Position numbers and translations under genes: made by a program. Under the pieces are notes generated by a model. That model was not told the DNA's origin and searched no databases. It saw nothing but the letters and a program-made list of their open reading frames with translations. Shown piece after piece: positions 1 through 13,578 of a stretch of 64,000 bases of DNA. Within the stretch, counting starts at the first letter, position 1; the number at the start of each line of letters is the position of its first letter. Source of the stretch: the human T2T-CHM13v2.0 reference genome, Homo sapiens; NCBI RefSeq assembly GCF_009914755.1, contig NC_060937.1. One strand, given 5' to 3'.

Positions 1-3000
1 CAAATATAGATTATATACTGTACATATAATATCAATGTACCCCAAATATATATTTAATACTCTACATGAAATATCAAAGTTCACAAACCATATATTATAT
101 ACTGTACATAAAATATCAAAGTACCCAAGGTATATATTCTATACTGTACAGAAAATATCAAAGTACCCAAAGCATGTATTATATACTGTACATAAAATAT
201 GAAAGTACATCAAACATATATTTTATTCTGTACATAAAATATCAAAGTACACCAGATATATATTCTTTAGTGTACATAAAATATCAAAGTACCCAAACTA
301 TACATTATATACTGTACATAAAATATGAAATTACATCAAATATATATTAGGTACATAAAATATGAAAGTACATCAAATATAGATTATATACTGTACATAA
401 AATATCAAAGTACCCCAAATATATATTATATACTCTACATGAAATATCAAAGTTCACAAACTATATATTATATACTGTACATAAAATATCAAAGTACCCA
501 AGGTATATATTCTATACTGTACAAAAAATATCAAAGTACCCAAAGCATGTATTATATACTGTACATAAAATATGAAAGTACATCAAATATATATTTTATT
601 CTGTACATAAAATATCAAAGTACACCAGATATATATTCTATAGTGTACATAAAATAACAAAGTACACAAACTATAAATTATATACTGTACATAATATATG
701 AAATTACATCAAATATATATTAGGTACATAAAATATGAATGTACATCAAATATAGATTATATACTGTACATATAATATCAATGTACCCCAAATATATATT
801 TTATACTCTACATGAAATATCAAAGTTCACAAACCATATATTATATACTGTACATAAAATATCAAAGTACCCAAGGTATATATTCTATACTGTACAGAAA
901 ATATCAAAGTACCCAAAGCATGTATTATATACTGTACATAAAATATGAAAGTACATCAAATATATATTTTATTCTTTACATAAAATACCAAACTACACCA
1001 GATATATATTCTATAGTGTACATAAAATAACAAAGTACACAAACTATAAATTATATACTGTACATAAAATATGAAATTACATCAAATATATATTAGGTAC
1101 ATAAAATATGAAAGTACATCAAATATAGATTATATACTGTACATAAAATATCAATGTACCCCAAATATATATTTTATACTCTACATGAAATATCAAAGTT
1201 CACAAACCATATATTATATACTGTACATAAAATATCAAAGTACCCAAGGTATATATTCTATACTGTACAAAAAATATCAAAGTACCCAAAGCATGTATTA
1301 TATACTGTACATAAAATATGAAAGTACACCAAATATATATTTTATTCTGTACATAAAATATCAAAGTACACCAGATATATATTCTATAGTGTACATAAAA
1401 TATCAAAGTACCCAAACTATACATTATATACTGTACATAAAATATGAAATTACATCAAATCTATATTAGGTACATAAAATATGAAAGTACATCAAATATA
1501 GATTATATACTGTACATAAAATATCAATGTACAACTAATATATATTTTATACTCTACATGAAATATCAAAGTTCACATACTATATATTATATAATGTACA
1601 TAAAATATCAAAGTACCCAAGGTATATATTCTATACTGTACAAAAAATATCAAAGTACCCAAAGCATGTATTATATACTGTACATAAAATATGAAAGTAC
1701 ATCAAATATATATTTTATTCTGTACATAAAATATCAAAGTACACCAGATATATATTCTATAGTGTACATAAAATATCAAAGTACCCAAACTATACATTAT
1801 ATACTGTACATAAAATATGAAATTACATCAAATATATATTATATTAGGTACATAAAATATGAAAGTACATCAAATATAGATTATATACTGTACATTAAAT
1901 ACCAAAGTACCCCAAATATATATTTTATACTGTACATGAAATATCAAAGTTCACAAACCATATATTATATACTGTACATAAAATATCAAAGTACCCAAGG
2001 TATATATTCTATACTGTACAAAAAATATCAAAGTACCCAAAGCATGTATTATATACTGTACATAAAATATGAAAGTATATCAAATATATATTTTATTGTG
2101 TACATAAAATATCAAAGTACACCAGATATATATTCTATAGTGTACATAAAATATCAAAGTACCCAAACTATACATTATATACTGTACATAAAATATGAAA
2201 TTACATCAAATATATATTATATTAGGTACATAAAATATGAAAGTACATCAAACATAGATTATATACTGTACATAAAATATCAAAGTACCCCAAATATATA
2301 TTATATACTCTACATGAAATATCAAAGTTCACAAACTATATATTATATACTGTACATAATACATCAAAATACCCAAGGTATATATTCTATACTGTACAAA
2401 ATATATCAAAGTACCCAAAGCATGTATTATATACTGTACATAAAATATGAAAGTTCATCAAATATATATTTTATTCTGTACATAAAATATCAAAGTACAC
2501 CAGATATATATTCTATAGTGTACATAAAATAACAAAGTACACAAACTATAAATTATATACTGTACATAAAATATGAAACTACATCAAATATATATTAGGT
2601 ACATAAAATATGACAGTACATCAAATATAGATTATATACTGTACATATAATATCAATGTACCCCAAATATATATTTAATACTCTACATGAAATATCAAAG
2701 TTCACAAACCATATATTATATACTGTACATAAAATATCAAAGTACCCAAGGTATATATTCTATACTGTACAAAAAATATCTGAGTACCCAAAGCATGTAT
2801 TATATACTGCACATAAAATATGAAAGTACATCAAATATATATTTTATTCTGTATATAAAATATCAAAGTACACCAGATATATATTCTATAGTGTACATAA
2901 AATATCAAAGTACCCAAACTATACATTATATACTGTACATAAAATATGAAATTACATCAAATATATATTAGGTACATAAAATATGAAAGTACATCAAACA

Positions 3001-6000
3001 TAGATTATATACTGTACATAAAATATCAAAGTACCTGAAATATATATTATATACTCTACATGAAATATCAAAGTTCACAAACTATATATTATATACTGTA
3101 CATAAAAAATCAAACTACCCAAGGTATATATTCTATACTGTACAAAAAATATCAAAGTACCCAAAGCATGTATTATATACTGTATATAAAATATGAAAGT
3201 ACATTAAAGATATATTTTATTCTGTACATAAAATATCAAAGTACACCACATATATATTCTATAGTGTACATGAAATAACAAAGTACACAAACTATAAATT
3301 ATATACTGTACATAAAATATGAAATTACATCAAATATATATTAGGTACATAAAATATGAAAGTACATCAAATATAGATTATATACTGTACATATAATATC
3401 AATGTACCCCAAATATATATTTTATACTCTACATGAAATATCAAAGTTCACAAACCATACATTGTATACTGTACATAAAATATCAAAGTACCCAAGGTAT
3501 ATATTCTATACTGTACAAAAAATATCAAAGTACCCAAAGCACGTATTATATACTGTACATAAAATATGAAATTAAATCAAATATATATTTTATTCTGTAC
3601 ATAAAATATCAAAGTACACCAGATATATATTCTATAGTGTACATAAAATATCAAAGTACCCAAACTATACATTATATACTGTACATAAAATATGAAATTA
3701 CATCAAATCTATATTAGGTACATAAAATATGAAAGTACATCAAATATAGATTATATACTGTACATAAAATATCAAAGTACCCCAAATATATATTATATAC
3801 TCTACATGAAATATCAAAGTTCACAAACTATATATTATATACTGTACATAAAATATCAAAGTACCCAAGGTATATATTCTATACTCTACAAAAAATATCA
3901 AAGTACCCAAAGGATGTATTATATACTGTACATAAAATATGAAAGTACATCAAATATATATTTTATTCTGTACATAAAATATCAAAGTACACCAGATATA
4001 TATTCTATAGTGTACATAAAATAACAAAGTACACAAACTATACATTATATACTGTACATAAAATATGAAATTACATCAAATATATATTAGGTACATAAAA
4101 TATGAAAGTACATCAAATATAGATTATATACTGTACATAAAATATCAATGTACCCCAAATATATATTTTATACTCTACATGAAATATCAAAGTTCACAAA
4201 CCATACATTATATACTGTACATAAAATATCAAAGTACCCAAGGTATATATTCTATACTATACAAAAAATATCAAAGTACCCAAAGCATGTGTTATATACT
4301 GTACATAAAATATGAAAGTACATCAAATATATATTTTATTCTGTACATAAAATATCAAAGTACACCAGATATATATTCTATACTGTACATAAAATATCAA
4401 AGTACCCAAACTATACATTATATACTGTACATAAAATATGAGATTACATCAAATATATATTATATTAGGTACATAAAATATGAAAGTACATCAAATATAG
4501 ATTATATACTGTACATAAAATATCAAAGTACCCCAAATATATATATACTCTACATGAAATATCAAAGTTCACAAACTATATATTATATACTGTACATGAA
4601 ATATCAAAGTACCCAAGGTATATATTCTATACTGTACAAAAAATATCAAAGTACCCAAAGCATGTATTATATACTGTATATAAAATATGAAAGTACATCA
4701 AATATATATTTTATTCTGTACATAAAATATCAAAGTACACCAGATATATATTCTATAGTGTACATAAAATAACAAAGTACGCAAACTATAAATTATATAC
4801 TGTACATAAAATATGAAATTACATCAAATATATATTACGTACATAAAATATGAAAGTACATCAAATATAGATTATATACTGAACATATAATATCAATGTA
4901 CCCCAAATATATATTTTATACTCTACATGAAATATCAAAGTTCAGAAACCATACATTATATACTGTACATAAAATATCAAAGTACCCAAAGTATATATTC
5001 TATACTGTAGAAAAAATATCAAAGTACCCAAAGCATGTATTATATACTGTACATAAAATATGAAAGTACATCAAATATATATTTTATTCTGTACATAAAA
5101 TATCAAAGTACACCAGATATATATTCTATAGTGTACATAAAATATCAAAGTACCCAAACTATACATTATATACTGTACATAAAATATGAAATTACATCAA
5201 ATATATATTAGGTACATAAAATATGAAAGTACATCAAATATAGATTATATACTGTACATAAAATATCAAAGTACCCCAAATATATATTATATACTCTACA
5301 TGAAATATCAAATTTCACAAACTATATATTATATACTGTACATAAAATATCAAAGTACCCAAGGTATATATTCTATACTGTACAAAAAATATCAAAGTAC
5401 CCAAAGCATGTATTATATACTGTATATAAAATATGAAAGTACATTAAAGATATATTTTATTCTGTACATAAAATATCAAAGTACACCAGATATATATTCT
5501 ATCGTGTACATAAAATAACAAAGTACACAAACTATAAATTATATACTGTACATAAAATATGAAATTACATCAAATATATATTAGGTACATAAAATATGAA
5601 AGTACATCAAAAATAGGTTATATACTGTACATATAATATCAATGTACCCCAAATATATATTTTATACTCTACATGAAATATCAAAGTTCACAAACCATAC
5701 ATTATATACTGTACATAAAATATCAAAGTACCCAAGGTATATATTCTATACTGTACAGAAAATATCAAAGTACCCAAAGCATGTATTATATACTGTACAT
5801 AAAATATGAAAGTACATCAAATATATATTTTATTCTGTACATAAAATATCAAAGTACACCAGATATATATTCTATAGTGTACATAAAATATCAAAGTACC
5901 CAAACTATACATTATATACTGTACATAAAATATGAAATTACATCAAATATATATTAGGTACATAAAATATGAAAGTACATCAAATATAGATTATATACTG

Positions 6001-9000
6001 TACATATAATATCAATGTACCCCAAATATATATTTTATACTCTACATGAAATATCAAAGTTCACAAACCATACATTATATACTGTACATAAAATATCAAA
6101 GTACCCAAGGTATATATTCTATACTGTACAAAAAATATCAAAGTACCCAAAGCACGTATTATATACTGTACATAAAATATGAAATTACATCAAATATATA
6201 TTTTATTCTGTATATAAAATATCAAAGTACACCAGATATATATTCTATAGTGTACATAAAATATCAAAGTACCCAAACTATACATTATATACTGTACATA
6301 AAATATGAAATTATATCAAATCTATATTAGGTACATAAAATATGAAAGCACATCAAATATAGATTATATACTGTACATAAAATATCAAAGTACCCCAAAT
6401 ATATCTTATATACTCTACATGAAATATCAAAGTTCACAAACTATATATTATATACTGTACATAAAATATCAAAGTACCCAAGGTATGTATTCTATACTGT
6501 ACAAAAAATATCAAAGTACCCAAAGGATGTATTATATACTGTACATAAAATATGAAAGTACATCAAATATATATTTTATTCTGTACATAAAATATCAAAG
6601 TACACCAGATATATATTCTATAGTGTACATAAAATATCAAAATACCCAAACTATACATTATATACTGTACATAAAATATGAAATTACATCAAATATATAT
6701 TAGGTACATAAAATATGAAAGTACTTCAAATATAGATTATATACTGTACATAAAATATCAATGTACCCCAAATATATATTTTATACTCTACATGAAATAT
6801 CAAAGTTCACAAACCATATATTATATACTGTACATAAAATATCAAAGTACCCAAGGTATATATTCTATACTGTACAAAAAATATCAAAGTACCCAAAGCA
6901 TGTATTATATACTGTACATAAAATATGAAAGTACATCAAATATATATTTTATTCTGTACATAAAATATCAAAGTACACCAGATATATATTCTATAGTGTA
7001 CATAAAATATCAAAATACCCAAACTATACATTATATACTGTACATAAAATATGAAATTACATCAAATATATATTATATTAGGTACAGAAAATATGAAAGT
7101 ACATCAAATATAGATTATATACTGTACATAAAATACCAAAGTACCCCAAATATATATTTTATACTGTACATGAAATATCAGTTCACAAACTATATATTAT
7201 ATACTGTACATAAAATATCAAACTACCCAAGGTATATATTCTGTACTGTACAGAAAATATCAAAGTACCCAAAGCATGTATTATATACTGTACATAAAAT
7301 ATGAAAGTACATTAAATATATATTTTATTCTGTACATAAAATATCAAAGTACACCAAATATATATTCTACACTGTACATAAAATATCAATGTACCCAAAC
7401 TATAAATTATATACTGTACATAAAATATGAAATTACATCAAATATATATTAGGTACATAAAATATGAAAGTACATCAAATATAGATTATATACTGTACAT
7501 AAATTACCAAAGTACCCCAAATATATATTATATACTGTACATGAAATATGAAAGTTCACAAACTATATATTATATACTGTACATAAAATATCAAAGTACC
7601 CAAAGTATATATTCTATACTGTACAAAAAATATCAAAGTACCCAAAGCATGTATTATATACTGTACATAAAATATGAAAGTACATCAAATATATATTTTA
7701 TTCTGTACATAAAATATCAAAGTACACCAAATATATATTCTATAGTGTACATAAAATATCAAAGTACCAAACTATACATTATATACTGTACATAAAATAT
7801 GAAATTACATCAAATATATATTAAGTACATAAAATATGAAAGTACATCAAATATAGATTATATACTGTCCATAAAATACCAAAGTACCCCAAATATATAT
7901 TATATACTGTAGATGAAATATCAAAGTTCACAAACTATATATTATATACTGTACATAAAATATCAAAGTACCCAAGGTATATATTCCATACTGTACAAAA
8001 AATATCAAAGTATCCAAAGCATGTATTATATACTGTATATAAAATATGAAAGTACATTAAAGATATATTTTATTCTGTACATAAAATATCAAAGTACACC
8101 AGATATATATTCTATAGTGTACATAAAATATCAAAGTACACAAACTATAAATTATATACTGTACATAAAATATGAAATTACATCAAATATATATTAGGTA
8201 CATAAAATATGAAAGTACATCAAATATAGATTATATACTGTACATAAAATATCAAAGTACCCCAAATATATATTATATACTGTACATGAAATACCAAAGT
8301 TCACAAACTATATATTATATACTGTACATAAAATATCAATGTACCCAAGTTATATATTCTATACTGTACAAAAAATATCAAAGTACCCAAAGCATGTATT
8401 ATATACTGTACATAAAATATCAAAGTACATCAAATATATATTTCATTCTGTACAAAAAATATCAAAGTCCACCAAATATATATTCTATAGTGTACATAAA
8501 ATATCAAACTACCCAAACTATACATTATATAGTGTACATAAAATATGAAATTACATGAAATATATATTATATTAGGTACATAAAATATGAAAGTACATCA
8601 AATATAGATTATATACTGTACATAAAATATCAAAGTACCCCAAATATATATTATATACTGTACATGAAATATCAAAGTTCACAAACTATATATTATATAC
8701 TCTACATAAAATATAAAAGTACTCAAGGTATATATTCTGTACTGTACAAAAAATATCAAAGTACCCAAAGCATGTATTAAATACTGTACATAAAATATGA
8801 AAGTTCATCAAATATATATTTTATTCTGTACATAAAATATCAAAGTACACCACATATATATTCTATACTGTACATAAAATATCAAAGTACCCAAACTATA
8901 CATTATATACTGTACATAAAATATGAAATTACATCAAATATATATTATATTAGGTACATAAAATATGAAAGTACATCAAATATAGATTGTATACTGTACA

Positions 9001-12000
9001 TAAAACATCAAAGTACCCCAAATATATATTATAAACTGTACATGAAATATCAAAGTTCACAAACTATATATTATATACTGTACATAAAATATCAAGGTAC
9101 CCAAGGTATATATTCTATAATATACAGAAAATATCAAAGTACCCAAAGCATGTATTATATTCTGTACATAAAATATGAAAGTACATGAAATATATATTTT
9201 ATTCTGTACATAAAATATCAAAGTACTCCAAATATATATTTTATACTGTACAAAAAATATCAAATTACCAAATTACCCAAACTATACATTATATACTGTA
9301 CATAAAATATGAAATTACATCAAATATATATTATAATAGGTACATAAAATATGAAAGTACATCAAATATAGATTATATACTGTACATAAAACATCAAAGT
9401 ACTCCAAATATGTATTATATTCTGTACATGAAATATCAAAGTTCACAAACTATAAATTATATACTGTACATAATATATCAATGTACCCAAGGTATATATT
9501 CTATACTGTACAAAATATATCAAAGTACCCAAAGCATGTATTATATACTGTACATAAAATATGAAAGTATACCAAATATATATTTTATTCTGTACATAAA
9601 ATATCAAATTACACCAAATATATATTCTATACTGTACATAAAATATCAAAGTACCCAAACTATACATTATATACTGTACATAAAATATGAAATTACATCA
9701 AAAATATATTATATTAGGTACATAAAATATGAAAGTACATCAAATATAGATTATATACTGTACATAAAATATCAAAGTACCCCAAATATATATTATATAC
9801 TGTACATGAAATATCAAAGTTCACAAACTATATATTCTATACTGTACATAAAATATCAAAGTACCCAAGGTATATATTCTATACTGTACAAAAAATATCA
9901 AAGTACCCAAAGCATGTATTATATACTGTACATAAAATATGAAATTACATCAAATATATATTTCATTCTGTACAAAAAATACCAAAGTACACCAAATATA
10001 TATTCTATAGTGTACATAAAATATCAAAGTACCCAAACTATACATTATATACTGTACATAGAATATGAAATTACATCAATTATATATTATATTAGACACA
10101 TAAAATATGAAAGTACATCAAATATAGATTATGTACTGTACATAAAATACCAAAGTACTCCAAATATATATTATATTCTGTACATGAAATATCAAAGTTC
10201 ACAAACTATATATTATATACTGTACATAAAATGTCAATGTACCCAAGGTATATATTCTATACTGTACAAAATATATCAAAGTACCCAAAGCATGTATTAC
10301 ATACTGTACATAAAATATGAAAGTACACCAAATATATATTTTATTCTGTACATAAAATATCAAAGTACAGCAAATATATATTCTATACTGTACATAAAAT
10401 ATCAAAGTACCCAAACTATGCATTATATACTGTACATAAAATATGAAATTACATCAAAAATATATTATATTAGGTACATAAAATATGAAAGTACATCAAT
10501 TATAGATTATATACTGTACATAAAATATCAAAGTACCCCAAATATATAGTATATACTGTAGATGAAATATCAAAGTTCACAAAATATATATTATATACTG
10601 TACATAATATATCAAAGTACCCAAGGTATATATTCTATACTGTACAAAAAATATCAAAGTACCCAAAGCATGTATTATATACTGTACATAAAATATGAAA
10701 GTACATCAAATATATATTTTATTCTGTACATAAATTATCAAAGTACACCAAATATATATTCTATAGTGTACATAAAATATCAAAGTACCCAAACTATACA
10801 TTATATACTGTACATAAAATACGAAATTACATCAAATATATATTATAATAGGTACATAAAATATGAAAGTACATCAAATATAGATTATATACTGTACATA
10901 AAATATCAAAGTACTCCAAATATATATTATATTCTGTACATGAAATATCAAAGTTCACAAACTATATATTGTATACTGTACATAAAATATCAATGTACCC
11001 AAGGTATATATTCTATACTGTACAAAATATATCAAAGTACCCAAAGCATGTATTATATACTGTACATAAAATATGAAAGTACACCAAATATATATTTTAT
11101 TCTGTACATAAAATATCAAAGTACACCAAATATATATTCTATACTGTACATAAAATATCAAAGTACCCAAACTATACATTATATACTGTACATAAAATAT
11201 GAATTTACATCAAATATATATTATGTTAGGTACATAAAATATGAAAGTACATCAAATATAGATTATATAGTGTACATAAAATATCAAAGTACCCCAAATA
11301 TATATTGTATACTATACATGAAATATCAAAATACACAAACTATGTATTCTATACTGTACATAAAATATCAAAGTACCCAAAGCATGTATTATATAATGTA
11401 CATAAAATATCAAACTACACAAATATTTATTGTGAACTCGAAATAAAATATCAAATTAACCAAACTATATAATATATATTGTACATAAAAAACCAAAGTA
11501 CCCAAACCATATATTTTATACTGTACATAAAATATCAAAGTACACAAAATGTATATTCTATACTCTACATAAAATATCAAAGTACCCAAACATGTATTAT
11601 ATACTGTACATAAAATATCAAAGTACACAAATATTTATTGTTCACTCTAAATAAAATATCAAAGTAACCAAACTATATATTATATATTGTACATAAAAAA
11701 TCAAAGTACCCAAACTATATATTTTATACTGTACATAAAATATCAAAGTACACCAAATATATATTCTATACTGTACATAAAATACCGAAGCACATCAAAT
11801 ATATATTCTATACTGTACATAAAATATCAAACTACCCAAATATATATTGTATACTGTACCTAATATATCAAAGTACCCAAATTATATATTTTATACTGTA
11901 CATAAACTATCAAAGTGCCCAAACTATAAATTATATACTGTACATAAAATATGAACTTACATCAAATACATATTATATTAGGTACATAAAATATGAAAGT

Positions 12001-13153
12001 ACATCAAATATAGATTATATACTGTACATAATATATCAGAGTACCCCAAATATATATTATATACTGTACATGAAATATCAAAGTATACAAAATATATATT
12101 ATATACTGTACATAAAATGTCAAAGTACCCAAATTATATATTATATACTGTACATAAAATATCAATCTATCCAATGTATAGATTATATACCGTACATAAA
12201 ATATGAAAGCACATCAAATATATATTTTATTCTGTACATAAAATATCAAAGTACACCAAACATATATTCTATACTGTACATAAAATATCAAGGTACACCT
12301 AATATATATTCTATACTGTACATAAAATATCAAACTTCCCAAACATATATTATATTCTTTACATAATATATCAAAGTACCCAAACTATATATTTTATACT
12401 GTACATAAAATATCAAAGTACCCAAACTATACATTATATACTGTACGTAAAATATGAAATTACACCAAATATATATTATATTAGGTACATCAAATATGAA
12501 AGTACATGAAATATAGATTATATACTGTACATAAAATACCAAAGTACCCCAAATATATATTATATACTGTACATGAAATATCAAAGTACACAAATTATAT
12601 ATTATATACTGTACATAAAATATCAAAGTATCCGAAGTATATATTATGTACTGTACATAACATATCAAGGTAACCAAACTATATATTTTTTAAGGTACAT
12701 AAAATATCAAAGTACCCAAAGTACATATCATATACTGTACATAACATATCAAAGTAACCATACTATATATTATATACTATACATAAAATATGAAAGTACC
12801 TAAAGTATATATTATATACTCTACATAAAATATCAATGTTCTGAAACTATATATTATATACTGTACATAAAATAGAAAAGTACACCACATATATATTCTA
12901 TACTGTATATAATATAGAAGTACACGAAATATATATTGTATACTGTACATAAAATATCAAAGTATCCAAACATATATTATATAATGTACGTAATATATCA
13001 AATTACCCAAACCATATGTTTTATTCTGTACATAAAATATCAAAGTACCCAAACTATTCATTATATACTGTACATAAAATATACTGTACATCAAATGTAT
13101 ATTATATTATGTAAATAAAATATGAAAGTATATCAAATATAAATTATATTCTG
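1..13153. repeat. Human satellite 1A (HSat1A / classical satellite I) array, ~42-bp AT-rich monomers in a 9-mer higher-order unit (373 or 378 bp)
   Basis: Continuous tandem of ACATAAAATAT(C/G)AAAGT + ACCCAAA(A/C)TATATATTATATACTGT-like subunits with frequent GTAC (RsaI) sites. Identical translated motifs recur at 373-bp steps (2687/3060/3433; 3692/4065; 5673/6046) and 756-bp (2x378) steps (9443/10199/10955). The array runs off the left edge of the window. Confidence 0.96.
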
Positions 13154-13578
13154 AGCTTTCGGAGCAGCCCGGACAGAGCTCTCATGCCTTTCCACCACCC
13201 CACCCCGGCCTGACCACCCCCTCCCGAACCCCGTCTCCAACCCCCGTAAAATGCGTCTTCCCTTAGGCTGGGTGAGGACCCACGTCCTTCAAAACCTCGG
13301 GCCCACCCAGCCTCCAGGCCTGACAACCCTCCGACGGCTCGCCTCCTCTGAGCCTCCACGCCACCGTCGCCGGCCCGTCCGTGCCCCTGCAGCCTCCCAG
13401 CTGCCACCATGGAGTGTCTGGCGGCGGAACGCAGACTTCTAGCCCTCTTTGCCGGCCTCCTGGCTAGACCTGCGCTCATTGCGCACCCCGGCTCGCGTGC
13501 AAGGGAGTCCGCTGGCCTCTCTGTGCCCTTGTCCGTCTATGAAATTCCGACTGAGGCTCTCCCAACACCTTCCGATGC
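13151..13578 (+). repeat. D4Z4/LSau-derived fragment plus pLAM-like segment (copy A, no DUX4 ORF upstream)
   Basis: Abrupt GC-rich block (ggagcagcccggacagagctctcatgcctttccaccaccc...cctggctagacctgcg...cccaacaccttccga) colinear with 27578-28005 at a constant offset of 14427 bp; resembles the partial D4Z4 unit plus pLAM distal to the 4qA array as recalled. Confidence 0.9.

Noticed and set aside
66-13118. Tyr/Ile/Lys-rich ORFs up to 454 aa
   Set aside because: Translations of HSat1A; 42 and 378 are multiples of 3, so frames stay open, and they break at the 5-bp indel.
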